Shown here piece after piece: positions 11,167-24,095 of a DNA stretch of 64,000 nucleotides. Under the pieces are notes generated by a model. That model saw only the letters and a program-made list of their open reading frames with translations. It was not told the DNA's origin and searched no databases. The DNA lies in IMG/VR virus record IMGVR_UViG_3300015615_000629, positions 304,711 to 368,710 of that record; one strand, 5' to 3'. How positions within the stretch are numbered: the first letter of the stretch is position 1; the number at the start of each line of letters is the position of its first letter. Origin of the DNA: a virus. Taxonomy: Duplodnaviria > Heunggongvirae > Uroviricota > Caudoviricetes. Both the position numbers and the translations under genes were made by a program.

Positions 11167-11353
11167 TTACTCATCTTCCATTTTCCAACCTTCTGGTTTC
11201 CACCAGTCGGAAGGATCGGGAGAATCTTTTGTTGGCGGTTTGAATTTTAAAATAGCACTAGTCAAAGAATCAGAGAACATCATAAGTGCTGTTATGGTCA
11301 ATAAGATACCACATCCCATTCCTAATATAAACCAAACCAGTTCTAATAACATA

Positions 11354-11938
11354 TTAACTCCAAATAGATTCCTTCGGCTTTCTATCCCGAACTGCCTTTA
11401 GTAGTTCGAAAACCTTATCTTTATTAGTTCCATCGTATTTAATCACGTTTTTATGAGAAAATTCGAGATTATTTGGGTGAGTTGGCATAATCCCTAGTCC
11501 TCTGGGACGGTTTTTAAGCCAACTGGACATGTATTTGGGCCAATCATCAACTAAAACCCGTCCATAAGTAAGGGATTTATCATCCTCTGTCACAGTAACT
11601 TTAATGCCGCTTCCTAAGTGCCTACGGCACCACCGTATCTTTTGCTCCCATGCTGAATGGGTGTTTTCCGGCCCTTTTGTCAGGATATGTATCTCATATT
11701 CAAGTTCTTGAAGCATTTTAAAAACATCAAAGCCTGATTGAATTGGTTCTAGATCAAACCACCAATCCTTGCTATTTTTAATCAACCGCATCCTGTTTCT
11801 CAATGGTTTTGATAAACCATTGAGGCTTGTTACAATTGGTTCTTCGGGAGAACGTAATTGTTCCAACCATCGAAGCATAGAACCTTCGTAATCAGCCAAG
11901 GTGCCGTCCATGTCTACTAATGCTACTATTCTGGCCAT
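11354..11938 (-). CDS. HAD-family 5'(3')-deoxyribonucleotidase
   Basis: DMDGTLADY, ILTK and VLVDDW motifs. Confidence 0.8.
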   Translation of the reverse strand: MARIVALVDMDGTLADYEGSMLRWLEQLRSPEEPIVTSLNGLSKPLRNRMRLIKNSKDWWFDLEPIQSGFDVFKMLQELEYEIHILTKGPENTHSAWEQKIRWCRRHLGSGIKVTVTEDDKSLTYGRVLVDDWPKYMSSWLKNRPRGLGIMPTHPNNLEFSHKNVIKYDGTNKDKVFELLKAVRDRKPKESIWS

Positions 11939-12408
11939 GTTGGTTCGTCTACTTCTTTGTAATGACGGAGGGAGATTCTACTTAACTGTTCACGTTTTGC
12001 AGCCTCGATAGAGGCACTTCGACGTAAATAAGTAAAAGAAGTCTGCCAAAAAAGGTTTATCGTATTTAGCACTAATTTTGAAGCCGAAGGTTGTTCTTTA
12101 ATCGCCGTTCCCAGACAGATGGGCTGATATTTGACATGAGAAATATTTTTGGGAAGATAACAAACGCCATCTTTGACAACGGACAACCATATTCCACTAA
12201 AAATGAAAACACGACTTACATGATTTTGAATAAACCCTATTTCAAATATCAAATCTGGAAAATTAACAAATCTGGGACGATGGGTCTCTTGGTCTTGGGC
12301 AAATCCTCGAATCATAATTGTCCTGTTGTGAGCCGGAACTAAAACTTGAGCATAGTTGGCTTTATATTGGATATGGGCGGCGTCGAATTCGAAGTATTTT
12401 ATCTGCAT
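11926..12408 (-). CDS. Prok-E2_D-like paralogue 3
   Basis: PAHNRTI...NFPDLIF...ICLG...FWQTSF; start moved to MQIKYF. Confidence 0.55.
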   Translation of the reverse strand: MQIKYFEFDAAHIQYKANYAQVLVPAHNRTIMIRGFAQDQETHRPRFVNFPDLIFEIGFIQNHVSRVFIFSGIWLSVVKDGVCYLPKNISHVKYQPICLGTAIKEQPSASKLVLNTINLFWQTSFTYLRRSASIEAAKREQLSRISLRHYKEVDEPTWPE

Positions 12409-13353
12409 TCTTGAGCCTCTGTAACAACTATAGCGATCAAATCTCGCCAAAATCTACCAGGATTCTTTTTAACGTGGAAAACGATATCGAACTTTTCATC
12501 TGTTAAACGATTTGTTTCGATTTTATCGAAATAGTCGCCAAATCTATAGTGCTCTTCAGTTTGATGTTCTACGCCGTTAGGAAATCGTCTTATTACGTTC
12601 GTATAGACACGGTCTAGGCCGATTTGTTTAGCAGTTTCTCGTTCTACTTCTAAAGACTTTTCTTTAGTATCGGACTGAATTAAAAACGATTTTATCATAA
12701 TAGTTTACCAATAATTCTTCCAAATAATCCCCCGAACACAATGCCGCTAGAGATAGTTAAGACAACACGCCAAACGGGCAAACCACTCTTGTAGGAAAAA
12801 TTTGATACGATTAAATAAACGAATGCGATAAAAACGAAAATTGTAAGAAATACCATTTCTTTTCTTTCTCGTGTAGAGTCCTGTTACCCCTTCTGGTGTT
12901 ATCTCACCTACGATTTGGTCTCGCTCCCCAATCGTGCAGCAGGAGTTTTCAAATAAAGCGTATGTATATGGGTCTTTAATGGGCTTGCTAAGGTCTATCT
13001 GACCTTTGGCATTCTTTTCCCATTTGCGACCATGCCTTACTATACCATATCTCGTTCTATCGTAAAACCTGCCGTATTTGCGGCCATACACCCTAACAAT
13101 TTGTCCGCATCTGTATTCTTTGCCTTTTCTGTCGTTCATTCAAACATCTCGTCGTTCCATTTTCGGTTTATTTCAACGGCTTTAAAACGATAATAATCTC
13201 CATGAAACTCCCATTTGTTTTCAGATATCTTTTCGAAGGTAGGGACTTCATTCTGAATAAATTCTTCGGCTAATTGTTGTGTGGAAAATGCCCCAACAAT
13301 ATATTCTTTAAGGTCTTTTCCGCCAAACATTACGAAAAAGAGTTGCATTTAAG

Positions 13354-13423
13354 TAGCCCGTAAAAGAGTCGAACTTTTCAACCATGTTTAGGAAACGCGG
13401 TGCCATATTCCCCTGGACGGGCC
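13354..13423 (-). tRNA. tRNA-Arg(CCU), compact form
   Basis: Acceptor GGCCCGT/ACGGGCT-A, loop TT-CCT-AA, T arm AAAAG-TTCGACT-CTTTT identical to the tRNA-Arg(ACG) at 34599. Confidence 0.75.
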
Positions 13424-15743
13424 ATGTATTATACTCAATACTTGGATTACAATAGATACATTTACAAGCAGTGTTTTCCGTACAATCCACCCATTGACCT
13501 GTATTTATCAAATAGCCGCTCATAATTGCATTATTGTTGGACTCAAGACGACAATTACTATCTTGTAAATGCTTTTCACACAAGCACGAGGAAGGGATTG
13601 ATATTCCTTCGCTGCTTGTTTTACAAAATAGTTTGATTGGCAAGTTTTTCTGCCCACTCTGCTGCTTCTTTTGGAGTAGTTGCCGTTTCGCAACCAATTT
13701 CTTTACCATCTTTAAACATTCTAACATAGAATTGGCCTTTTGGGTCGTTTTCTGGAAACCAATCTACGCAAATAGTCTTATTCCCGATATTCACCACCAC
13801 AATATCTTGGTTTAATTCATACGGTTGCATTTCTTCGTATAAATTGCTGGAAATTTCAGCACCCGCTGGCAAGGAAATGGGAATCGGTAACAAAAAGTAT
13901 TCCTTATCGACTTCTATTGCTTGCGTGCCATCCTCAAATGTCAGATCGGCACAACTGGGATTAATAGCATTTTGTTTGACATCTGCTTCGACAATTTCGC
14001 CACATTTGTAAACCACTTCGGGTAAAACAACGTCTTTGGTTGGATAATCACCTAATTTTAGGCAATAAAATCCTTTATAATGACCGCCTAATTTTCGAAA
14101 TTTAATTTTTTCCATATCGTCTTTCTGCAAGTTCTACACCCATTCGGAAGGCTTGTTCTGGCGTAGGCGGCCCTACCTCATCAATTTTACCAAAATAAGG
14201 GTGCTCGCAGTCGAACAATCGTTCTACGCGGCTTCTGGTTTCGTTGCTGTAATAACCTGCCCAATATCCCAAATTGGTTTTTTCTATTCCCTCAGCTTCT
14301 TCACGAGTAAGCCCGTGTTCCATCGAATGCCAGACGAGAACTTCAAAATATTGCTTAGCCTCGTCTTCTGAAACAATTTTCATTGCTGGACTATATTTGT
14401 CGTCCAAAGTAATGTTATGCGGTAACACTTTATTTGTCATTGTGCCAACTCAATCCTTGCCCGTTAAGCGTATTGTATATGTCTTTGGCTAATATTTCAA
14501 ATGCGGCTTTCTTGGCTTCTTTTGTTTCTAAGTCCCTGCCCATATTAGTGCAACAATGCGTATGAGACGAACCCTCGTTTTCGTCCTCAACAATAACAGT
14601 AACGCAGAAATCGTCCCAATCGCGTTCGAATTTAATTGAACCACCATTATTACATATTTCTGCAATTTTAGCCACAATGGCAACGCAATGTTTTTCAGTC
14701 ATTTTCATGGGCTCGTCTAAACATGTTCAAATCCAGTAGATGACCGGCTTCCTCTGCTGTAGCCCTGAACATTTTTCTAAAGGTGTTCTTTCCTAGTATC
14801 GTCTCTATTTGCTGAAAGTGCTTAAAGGCTGCTTCGTTGTATTGCTTAACGCATTCTTCCGAAGTAATTTCTTTTGTATCGAATCTATACAATAGGCTTT
14901 GAAAAACCTTTAACATTTCATCTCTTATGGAGACAATTTCACGAATTTTTTCAAGGTCTACATCTTCTACATCTCCGATTTCAATATTGTTTTCGTTATA
15001 CTCAACATCTTCTCGAATTCTCCAAGCAAACATATCGTCTACTTTCATGTCTTTGATTACGGATGGCGAAAAGAAAATAGGAACTTCCAAAACGGAGCTA
15101 AGACATTCAACTCCTTCTTCTTTATAAGCGGTTAATTTACATCCGATCCATTGACCGTTCATTCTGAAAGCCTTAATTTGTTCCAATGTTCTGTAAAATC
15201 GCCTTCAATCCATTCAGACCCTTCAATAAATTGATCTCTGGTTTTGAGCCAGTCGATTGTTTCTGCCTTACCGCGTTCCCAATCGAAGTAATATCGTGGC
15301 CACAAATCTTGAAAGTCGATATCTAAAGCAAGAGTACCAGCGGCCTCAAGGTGGAAAAGATAGTTTCCACGGTCGCAATATTGCGGACGGGTAGATGTCC
15401 AAACAATGCAATTCTTACCAATGATAAAGTAAGAATCTTTTTTGATCCAGTTTATTCCCATTTGTCCATCAACTCGTTAGCATAAGTTTGCCCCTTAGTT
15501 TGTTTTATAATTTCCTTTGCTTCTCTCCATATCCTGCTTCTATTTCTTAGTTTGTTTTTCACGGGCAACGTTATTGTTAGAAACCCCAAAAGAACGTCAA
15601 TTTGCAATCTATTTGGGTCTACGTTCTCTAAAATCGAGTCTACTTCGCTAAACTCGCCGGCCAACATGAGATCGTCGATATGATTGAAAACAGCGTCTAG
15701 ACCTTCGTCGGCATTTTCTATAGCGTAAAGGGATTCTAGCCAA

Positions 15744-16322
15744 TCATCTGATTGCATAGTGAGTCTTTTCGGTGACAAAACTTAATTTCTTATCTTCTTT
15801 CCTTTGTATAAAGCGTCCTGATTCTTCTCTGGGGTCTTTGATGGCGGCTATTTCCTGTCCGGAGCAAACATTTATTCTTTCACGAGGTTCATAGGTGCCA
15901 TTTGATAAACTATTAAAATTTTCCATAAAAGATTCCGACCAGCCGGTTTTCCGGCTTGGAAGCACAAACCGACTCGTCCAAAAATAATTAAATATGGAGA
16001 GACAACCTTTTTCTAAATCTTCAAACATATCAATGATCGGTCCACCCAAACAAAAAGCAAGATGAGGATCTTGATTTGTCAACGGTATTGGATAAATATG
16101 TTCATCTTTGGGATGTCCGAAAATAGTTTTTATAGTGAAAAATCCTTTTTCGTTTGCGACTAGTTCCAATAACAATAAACATTTTGGTAATGTTATATTT
16201 TTACTAACATTAGGCAACTGGAATAGAAGTGTTCTTTCGTGTGCCTCGTATTCAAGAGACGCATAAAATCTAGTGCCGTTTTTGCCGTAAAGTGCGTCGT
16301 GAGATGCGTGATATTGAATCAT
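15744..16322 (-). CDS. Prok-E2_D-like paralogue 4
   Basis: HERTLL...TLPKCLL...IPLTNQDPHLAFCLG...FWTSRF. Confidence 0.6.
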   Translation of the reverse strand: MIQYHASHDALYGKNGTRFYASLEYEAHERTLLFQLPNVSKNITLPKCLLLLELVANEKGFFTIKTIFGHPKDEHIYPIPLTNQDPHLAFCLGGPIIDMFEDLEKGCLSIFNYFWTSRFVLPSRKTGWSESFMENFNSLSNGTYEPRERINVCSGQEIAAIKDPREESGRFIQRKEDKKLSFVTEKTHYAIR

Positions 16323-16875
16323 ATCTTTTTCTTCGCTTCTTCGATTACGGACTCTACTTGATCGGCAAATTTTCGAAGGTCTTCAGAAAGAAGGGGACTA
16401 TGAAGATGCACCGTGACAAGATTCGATGTCATGATTTGCTTAATATAAATTTCTTTCGTGCTATTTAAGTAAATGTTTGTCCATATTTCGACGCCACCTT
16501 CAAATTTGAAGGATTGTGCTGCAATTAACTTGTCTGGCGGTGCGGGCGGTTTAAGCGATAATATTCTCTCACGAATCTTGTAACTATATTCATCCAAATT
16601 TTCACTACTGCAAGCAGCGATAAGTCCGTCTGCAAAATCCCTATTTAAGCCTAGATAATTTATCGCACCTTCAACATCATCGTCTTCAAAATACTCCGGT
16701 TCACCTTCGAATTCAAGAAGAGTAAAGAAAAGACGAAAGTTAGCCACTTTGCATATTGGATGAACAATTGGCAAGCCATCTAAATCACTACACCGTAATG
16801 ATTGGCCGCATTCGGAGATATCGAATTTTACTAGAATTTCGAAAAATTCATCTTCGGTCATCGAAATCTTTCAAA

Positions 16876-16975
16876 TAGGAGCAGAGGGAATCGAACCCCC
16901 ACTTGGAGCTAATCAGGACTCCACCTTACGGCCGAGATTATAAGTCTCGTGTGCTAACCTTTACACCATGCTCCC
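16876..16975 (-). tRNA. tRNA-Ile(UAU) with 32-nt variable region
   Basis: Acceptor GGGAGCA/TGCTCCT-A, anticodon arm CGAGA-CTTATAA-TCTCG, T arm GGGGG-TTCGATT-CCCTC. Confidence 0.85.
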
Positions 16976-17573
16976 AATAACTATTTAACCTTTACTCTAT
17001 CTTTTAAATCTTGAAATAACTTAACCGGATCAAGTTGCGGTTCGTCATCTTCATCTTCGTCGGCATTGCCCCAAGCCATTTTTGTTTTTGTATTCCAGGT
17101 ATTCCCGTCTTTAGGAATATATGCTCGAACGTTTTTACCATCCGAATAGAAAAATATCGAAATGGGCCATTCCCAGTCGCCACCCGCATTAATTCCCAAA
17201 ACCGTCAACCCATTGTCTAATGTTCGATACCCAAGTACATCCCGCCATTCTCCATAAGGCTCGGAATTTTCATTTTCGTTGTCGAACTTTACTTTACTTA
17301 AATCCTTTTCAACAAGTTTACTCAAATGGACGTAACTGCCGCCACTTGCTCTCAATAATGGTTCAATCTGAGCCCTTAGTTCTTCAATACTAATCCTTGC
17401 TGCAACTCGGCCGGATTCCTTCGCCTTCTCAGGCGTTCCAACCAACGCAGCCAAGCATTTTCTCAATGCTTCTTTGGCTTCTTCCAACGTCAGATTTTCG
17501 ATATTCTCAGAAAGCGAGGTTGCCCAATCGGCCGCTTTTGCCATGTTCTTCCTTTGAAAAAGCCTGTTGTGTG

Positions 17574-17602
17574 ATCGTAGCACAATTACAACAATTCGTC
17601 AA
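17574..17602 (-). promoter_or_regulatory. Sigma70-like promoter
   Basis: TTGACG-N17-TACGAT with TGC extension. Confidence 0.55.
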
Positions 17603-18265
17603 ATTCGTTTTTTGACTAGCCAAATAAACCCTTGCCCTATCAATGCTAAAAGTTCATGTCCAGCAGCAATGACCATCAAAACAAACCACAAAATAGGCAA
17701 AAGCGGAGAAAACAATAAAAGCCCACCCAAGAGAGCATATTCATCTTCATTATTAGGATCTCCACTCCACCGAAACATCCAACCAAACCCAATAATCGCC
17801 ACCAAATAACATATGAAGCAATAAATTGCGAAAATTATCATTTGTTCCTAACATCCGTTACCGATATAAATTTTGTCTTTCCATAATGAACTAAATACCC
17901 ATAAACATAAACTTCTCTCTGATCCTTGGCCGCATGACTTAGAACGTTTCCAAGTATCTTTCCCTGCTCAAAAGGTGGTAACAACAAAGTAACTATTTCC
18001 GTCGGCCGTTTCCAATCATCTGGAAAATTGGTTATTAATTGAAACTCACCATCAGCCGGCCAATTAATTTGCCCTTCTGTCTTTATATGATAGCCGTTTT
18101 CAATTACACCTAAAGGTAATTCTGTCCTATTCTTAGCACTAAACCAAGGCGTAGGGAGATAACCCTTTGGCACGCCATACATTACATGAACTAAATATGG
18201 AGAAAACGCCGTTGCAGCCAGTAATGCCATGCATACCAACCACATTGAAACTACCGTATACCATT

Positions 18266-19477
18266 TCATTCTGTTACCTTTAATAAAGCATATTTACTCT
18301 TGCCCGAACGTATAACTATTGCAGCACAGTCGAATTTCAAAAAAGATATATCATTCGTAACGCGACGGTTATTCACGTAAATTCCGCCATGTTCAATGCT
18401 ACGTCGTGCTTCACTTTTACTTTTTGCTAAGCCAACCTTACATATAGCTTCGCTCAACAAAGTTCCAACAACTATATCACAACTTGGAACATTAGAAAAT
18501 ATCTCTTTTAATTGAGCATCATTTAAATCAATTTCTCCACCAAAAAAGATATTCGTTGCTCTTAAAGCAGTCTCTAAACCGCCTTCTCCATGTACAATTC
18601 TAGTTATTTCTTCTGCCAAACGTTTCTGGCTCGCCCTGTTTCCTGGGTTTTTCTCTCGCTCAGCATCCAAATCTAGAATTTCTTCATGGCTCAATTCTGT
18701 AAAGAATCGGAGGCATTTACCCACATCCGCATCGGCCGTGTTGTACCAAAACTGATAGAATTCGTATGGGTTGGTTCTGTGGGGCGACAACCAAATCGCC
18801 CCTGATTCGGTTTTCCCCATTTTAGAACCATCAGATTTAGTCAACAAAGGGAAAGTCAGTCCATAAAGTTGAACTTGCTTCGTCCTACGTGCTAAATCAA
18901 TCCCCGCCGTAATATTTCCCCATTGATCGCTGCCACCTATTTGCAAAGTACAACCATATTGTTCGTTCAAATAAACAAAGTCATATGCTTGTAATAGCAT
19001 GTAACTGAATTCTGTGTAACTCAATCCAGTCTCTAACCTAGATTTAACAGAATCCTTGGACAACATCACATTTACAGGAAAATTCTTGCCAACATCTCTT
19101 AAAAAAGATAAAAAATTGAGGTCTCTAGTCCACCAATGATTGTTTACCCTAATCGGAGAATCAAGAATAAAGTCAAAGGTCTGCAAAATCGAAGCAATAT
19201 TGGCTTCGATTACATCTTGAGAAATTAAATTGCGTTCCTCACTCTTGCCACTCGGATCGCCAATCATACCCGTGGCCCCGCCCAAGAGCACAATGGGCCG
19301 ATGGCCTGCCTTCTCAAAACGCCTTAACATTAAAATGGCCATTAAGTGGCCGACATGAAGGCTGTCAGCAGTTGGGTCGAAACCAGCGTAGAGAGTCTGA
19401 CTTTTAGATAAGTCAATTGCTGGCTCGGTGGATTGGTGAATCAATCCACGCCATTTTAGATCGTCAAGGAGATTCAT
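18266..19477 (-). CDS. tyrS: Tyrosyl-tRNA synthetase
   Basis: YAGFDPTADSLHVGH, QIGGSDQWGNI and KMGKT motifs, C-terminal S4-like domain; likely start MNLLDDLKWRG. Confidence 0.97.
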   Translation of the reverse strand: MNLLDDLKWRGLIHQSTEPAIDLSKSQTLYAGFDPTADSLHVGHLMAILMLRRFEKAGHRPIVLLGGATGMIGDPSGKSEERNLISQDVIEANIASILQTFDFILDSPIRVNNHWWTRDLNFLSFLRDVGKNFPVNVMLSKDSVKSRLETGLSYTEFSYMLLQAYDFVYLNEQYGCTLQIGGSDQWGNITAGIDLARRTKQVQLYGLTFPLLTKSDGSKMGKTESGAIWLSPHRTNPYEFYQFWYNTADADVGKCLRFFTELSHEEILDLDAEREKNPGNRASQKRLAEEITRIVHGEGGLETALRATNIFFGGEIDLNDAQLKEIFSNVPSCDIVVGTLLSEAICKVGLAKSKSEARRSIEHGGIYVNNRRVTNDISFLKFDCAAIVIRSGKSKYALLKVTE

Positions 19478-22435
19478 TGTTTCCTTTGTGTCCAATACCT
19501 TTTGCGTTGTAATCGAAATCCTCTAGATTGTATTGTTTAAAATTGTTTTTTTCTGCCCATTGGTTGTGTTGTATTAAGTCTTGCCTAATTCTTTCAATGG
19601 CTACCGGAATGCCTTTTTCTATTGCTTCCTGAACAATCGACATTATATTAATTGCACAAGGCAACGCTAAGGCATCCTCAACCTTATAATGTACGGCCAA
19701 AAAATAGCCTAACGCACCCACCAAACGATCTTCGTCTGTGTTCAAGCCTATTGGAAACTTAAGCAGATTCATTTTTAACCTGTTTCATATTTTCGTGTAA
19801 CTTGTCAAGAGCATCCGCGAAAGCAGTGAACCCTTCAATATCTTTAAATCTTTCTCTTAACCCAAGTGAATCTCTGCCCTGTGGTCCCTCCTCTGCGAGG
19901 CAGTGTGAATATGCTTCTACCGCATTTTTCAAGCCGGAATCGCCCAACTCCAATGGCGAGAGGCTTGTTTTCATAAAAACAACCGTACAGAATTGACTAT
20001 AATTTGGCTCGCCAAGAGTATGGGGAGCGTAATACATCTGACCGAAGACATCCTCAAATATGAAGCCATGTGCCCTGACTTTTAAAAGGCTCACGACATG
20101 GCTATCAAGACATTCGTAACAATATTCGCCATCTGGTAGACCTATACGTGCATATTGCCCATCAAATTTCGTTGAACCATATCCACCATAACAAAAACCA
20201 TGACGGACAATCTCCCCATCCGGACATAACATTGCCCCACTTTCACTAGGCCCTAAATCTTTAATCTGCTTTCCGCAGTGGTCGCAAGTTCTCATTTTTG
20301 AACCTGTTTTGGTATTTCTCTAAAAGAACGTTTTTATCAAGCGTGTTGATTAGCCAATCTTCAAATAAATCTGCAAACAATTCGGAATTATATTTGTCGT
20401 CCTCGTCACATTGACAGACATAAATTCCCTCTGCGTCTTCCCATAACCCGTAAATTATACTCTTGTTGCGTCTATATTTAATGGTTGCTAGTCGTTCGCC
20501 CTTTCTCCAGGTAACAACTCCCATCGCACAACAACGAAGGTCAAGCAATTCCTTGGCCGCAGCCGGAAGGGACTTGGTGAACATTATTGTTTTTCCCATT
20601 CATAAACGGGTTGTATCCAATCGGTTTGCTGCCAAGCAGGCGGTGTTCTAGGGCCTTTTTTGTATAGGTTTATTTTGGGAATTTCTTTCTCGCCATAGAA
20701 ACATATCTCGCCAAATTGGAAGGGCCGAAAATCATCATCCCAGTTGTTGTCAAGATTGATTCCTGCTACCAAATTTTCTTTTATAAAATCTGTTGAAAAA
20801 TTGTCTGGGTGGAGATATCCATAAACTACTTCTTCGCCCTCCAATTTCGCCATTACGGCATGTACACCATCTGCACCGTAATCGGTTAGTTTAAATGGGA
20901 ACCAACTTTTAATGGCTTTTCCATCTACTTCTTTAGGGAAGTTCAGATGTGGCCCCTTCCACCAATCTAAGTAGTTTACATCCCACGGGAAGACGGCTTC
21001 CTCGAATCTATCAACTTCTTTAAGAACTAAGATATCATTAGCCAACGATTCGCAAACTGGGTCTACCAAATATTTATATGGAATCTTTCCCAAGATATCA
21101 ACAGCAAAGTCAAGATTGACCCACCAAACTGCATATTTTGCAATCTTGACATGAAAGCCAAAATAATCTTCTTTGGTTTCAAATTTGGCGGTTGATATTA
21201 CTTCTTCAAATTTACTTTGGGCTTCTTTCTTGCGACCTTTTTGAAGTAAATATATTACTTCTTTTGCTTGATAATTACTCGAATCCCCAAGCCAGTCGTT
21301 CACATCTATTCCTTTACATGATAGGTTTGTCCACAAGTAGGACAAACCCTTGCCGAAGCTCTTGATTTCTTTATGTTTTCAAAATATGTAGACTGTCTTC
21401 CGATAACGATAGAAAACGTTTCAGCAAGAAAAAACGCCAAAACGAAAAGAAGCGGTATTGAAAAAGTAAGCCATAGCGGCGGCGAATCATACTTTTTAGT
21501 TAGAAAACGTGGAAGTTTCATGTTAAATCTCTAAAGGAAAGTTTACCGCCAATGTCCAATATCTAACATATTATCTGACCTAAACCCTAAGCCCGAATCC
21601 TCTATGCCAAATTCATACTTCTTCTGTGCATCCCAAATCGCTAGAATTCCAGCGTCTACGGGAAAACCCATAGGAAATTCTAAAGACAAAACCGTAACGC
21701 CAATTATGTCATACTTTTTCATCATTTGGAATAAAGTATAAGCCCACATAACCGCTTCCGCAGGCGTCCGAGACATATAAGCCAAAAACAAAAGGGCTGG
21801 TAACGTTACCCTCGGCTCATATCCGTTGTTCCTGCAAGAAAGCGATAGCCTATCCCATAGAATCTGCAATATCGGATGATTATCCCTTACCTGCTCATCT
21901 GTGGCTATTTTAATCTCCTGTATATCGGCCATCATACACTTTATAAATACTTCCGATTGCTCCATGCTCATCGGAACACGTTGGTTTGATGGCACATCCG
22001 TTAAGGATTTGATATCGAATTCTTTTTCGTCAACAAAAACAGTCATTACGGAGCAATTCCTATTTTAAAAGCAACAAAACAATAAACTTTTTCATTCTAC
22101 TCTCCTGGCGGATAAATGCCACGACTAGGGCTATATTGAAGCGGTAAACAGTAACCTATTTTGTAGCCCCCACCAACCATAGCAACCCAATAATAATTTC
22201 TATTCCATAATTTCAAGACGGTCGCCAATAATCTTACCGGCCAATAAGTCCAGTTACCCCAAAGAGTAAAAGGAAAACGCCGGCTCGTCTTAAGGCTGAG
22301 TTTTCCAGGTGTTTTCATCGCCCAATGGGTGGAAAATACATTGCTGCCGGTTGTCTGATACCAAATTCCATCCTTTGGCAACTGCTTTTTGATATCTTCG
22401 ACCCATTTGTGGACTTCGTCTAATCTCATTGTTTT

Positions 22436-22463
22436 ACCCTAGCACAAAAAATACGATTTTCAA
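22436..22463 (-). promoter_or_regulatory. Sigma70-like promoter, leaderless
   Basis: TTGAAA-N16-TAGGGT, 6 nt before the ATG at 22429. Confidence 0.55.
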
Positions 22464-23948
22464 CCTTGATCGATCATCGCAGCGAGCACTTCCTTTTTAG
22501 GAACAAAACCTAGTTCTTTAAATAAGGCTTTACAAGGCTCAACTCCATATGTTACGTTGGTAAAGCCCGACTCATTCTCCAGCACGCAGGACAGGGGCGT
22601 TGTTTTAAAGCCACGTGCGAACGAATCAGAAGTGTCATGATTAACATCAAATACATAAACAGGCAGTGGCCAGGATTCAAAATAAATTTGCAAATCATCT
22701 AGAAGAGCCAAATCGTATGTGGAATAAGTCGATATGCCAATTACAAGGGATTTTTCATCCGGAATCTTTTCAAATAATTTGTATTTGCTGTTCTTAACCA
22801 CTTCCGGAAATAAAGTAGCAGCCTCTTTTTGAACCTCCGCTGGATGTCTTTCCGATGGTTGCAACAAATTGCCAAACATATTGGACGCTTTAAGTCGAGA
22901 AGATAAATCTTTTATCCCATCTATTTGAGCGTCCAAGTCTTTCCTTAACGATTGCTTTCTCTCCGGATCACTACACTTCTTATATTCTTCGTTTACGTAA
23001 ACCGTATGTCTTAAAAATGCTTCCAAATAAGAAAGAGATTGAATAGACTCTGGATTTTCCCGAATTAATTCACGAATTCTGCCGTATATTTGTTCCATAG
23101 TGCTATCAATAGATGGCACGCTCTCTCTTTCCTTTTTACGACGCTTCTCTACAAGGCTAACTGCAACGATTCCAAGCGTAAATCCAATGGCTCCTAAGAA
23201 GAGCAAGATTGTCATTATCTGTCCCCCATGCTGGTGCCCGAACCGGCTATCCCAAATATAATGAAAATTATCGCAAATAAAATCAAAGCCAAGACATCAT
23301 TGCTCATAGTCCCAACCCTTTGTATTTTTTGGAAATGGCGGCGATAACCTAGACCACTTTTCGACCAATTCATGGATATCTTTAAGACATTGATCTGGAT
23401 TATCCGTATTTCTTATCTCTAACGGAAAAGTCCATCCATAACCATCGTCAATTTCCCTTTCGCCATTACGTAATCCTTGTTGAACTACTACAGTCCTAAA
23501 CCGCCACGGTTCATCCGCCGTGCCTTCCCCATGATACTGTCCAGAATCAACAAACAACCCGTTTCCAAGGATGATACATACCATGTCTTCATCCCAACAT
23601 GACAAATCCGGCTCTATTGTAAAATTATTCCACCATACCCAATACTTCGGTATATCCGATGAAAAATTAAGTTGTCGTAAATAAGGATAAGCAGAAGAAT
23701 CAAAACTCTCCCGCCCTTCACAAAACGATAAAACTTCTTCTAAACCGTTTTTAAATGTCATTTCATTCTAACTATTTGATAGTCTTTATATCGCTTGTTT
23801 AACTTGTAAATTGCCTCATATTGATCCCGTGCTTGAATCGTTACACCAATATAAGAACGATTCTTTGTTCTAATCCTAAAAGTAAATCTCTTTTGGGACG
23901 AACCAGAACAAAACAGCAAACAAACCAGAAGTAGAATTATCTTGCGAC

Positions 23949-24095
23949 TCATGTTTCGGAAATTCCGCCTAAAAGCCACCTGAAGAACAAGTCGAGCCCC
24001 AAATGCTGTTTATATCTCGGTTCTTCCATTCGAGTGTCATGATCTAATTGTAAACTGTCTTTAAGACGCTCAATTAACTCAATTTTATTGGTCAT
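23949..24095 (-). CDS. 48-aa small protein, copy A
   Basis: MTNKIELIERLKDSLQ...GLDLFFRWLLGGISET; paralogue at 24550. Confidence 0.6.
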   Translation of the reverse strand: MTNKIELIERLKDSLQLDHDTRMEEPRYKQHLGLDLFFRWLLGGISET

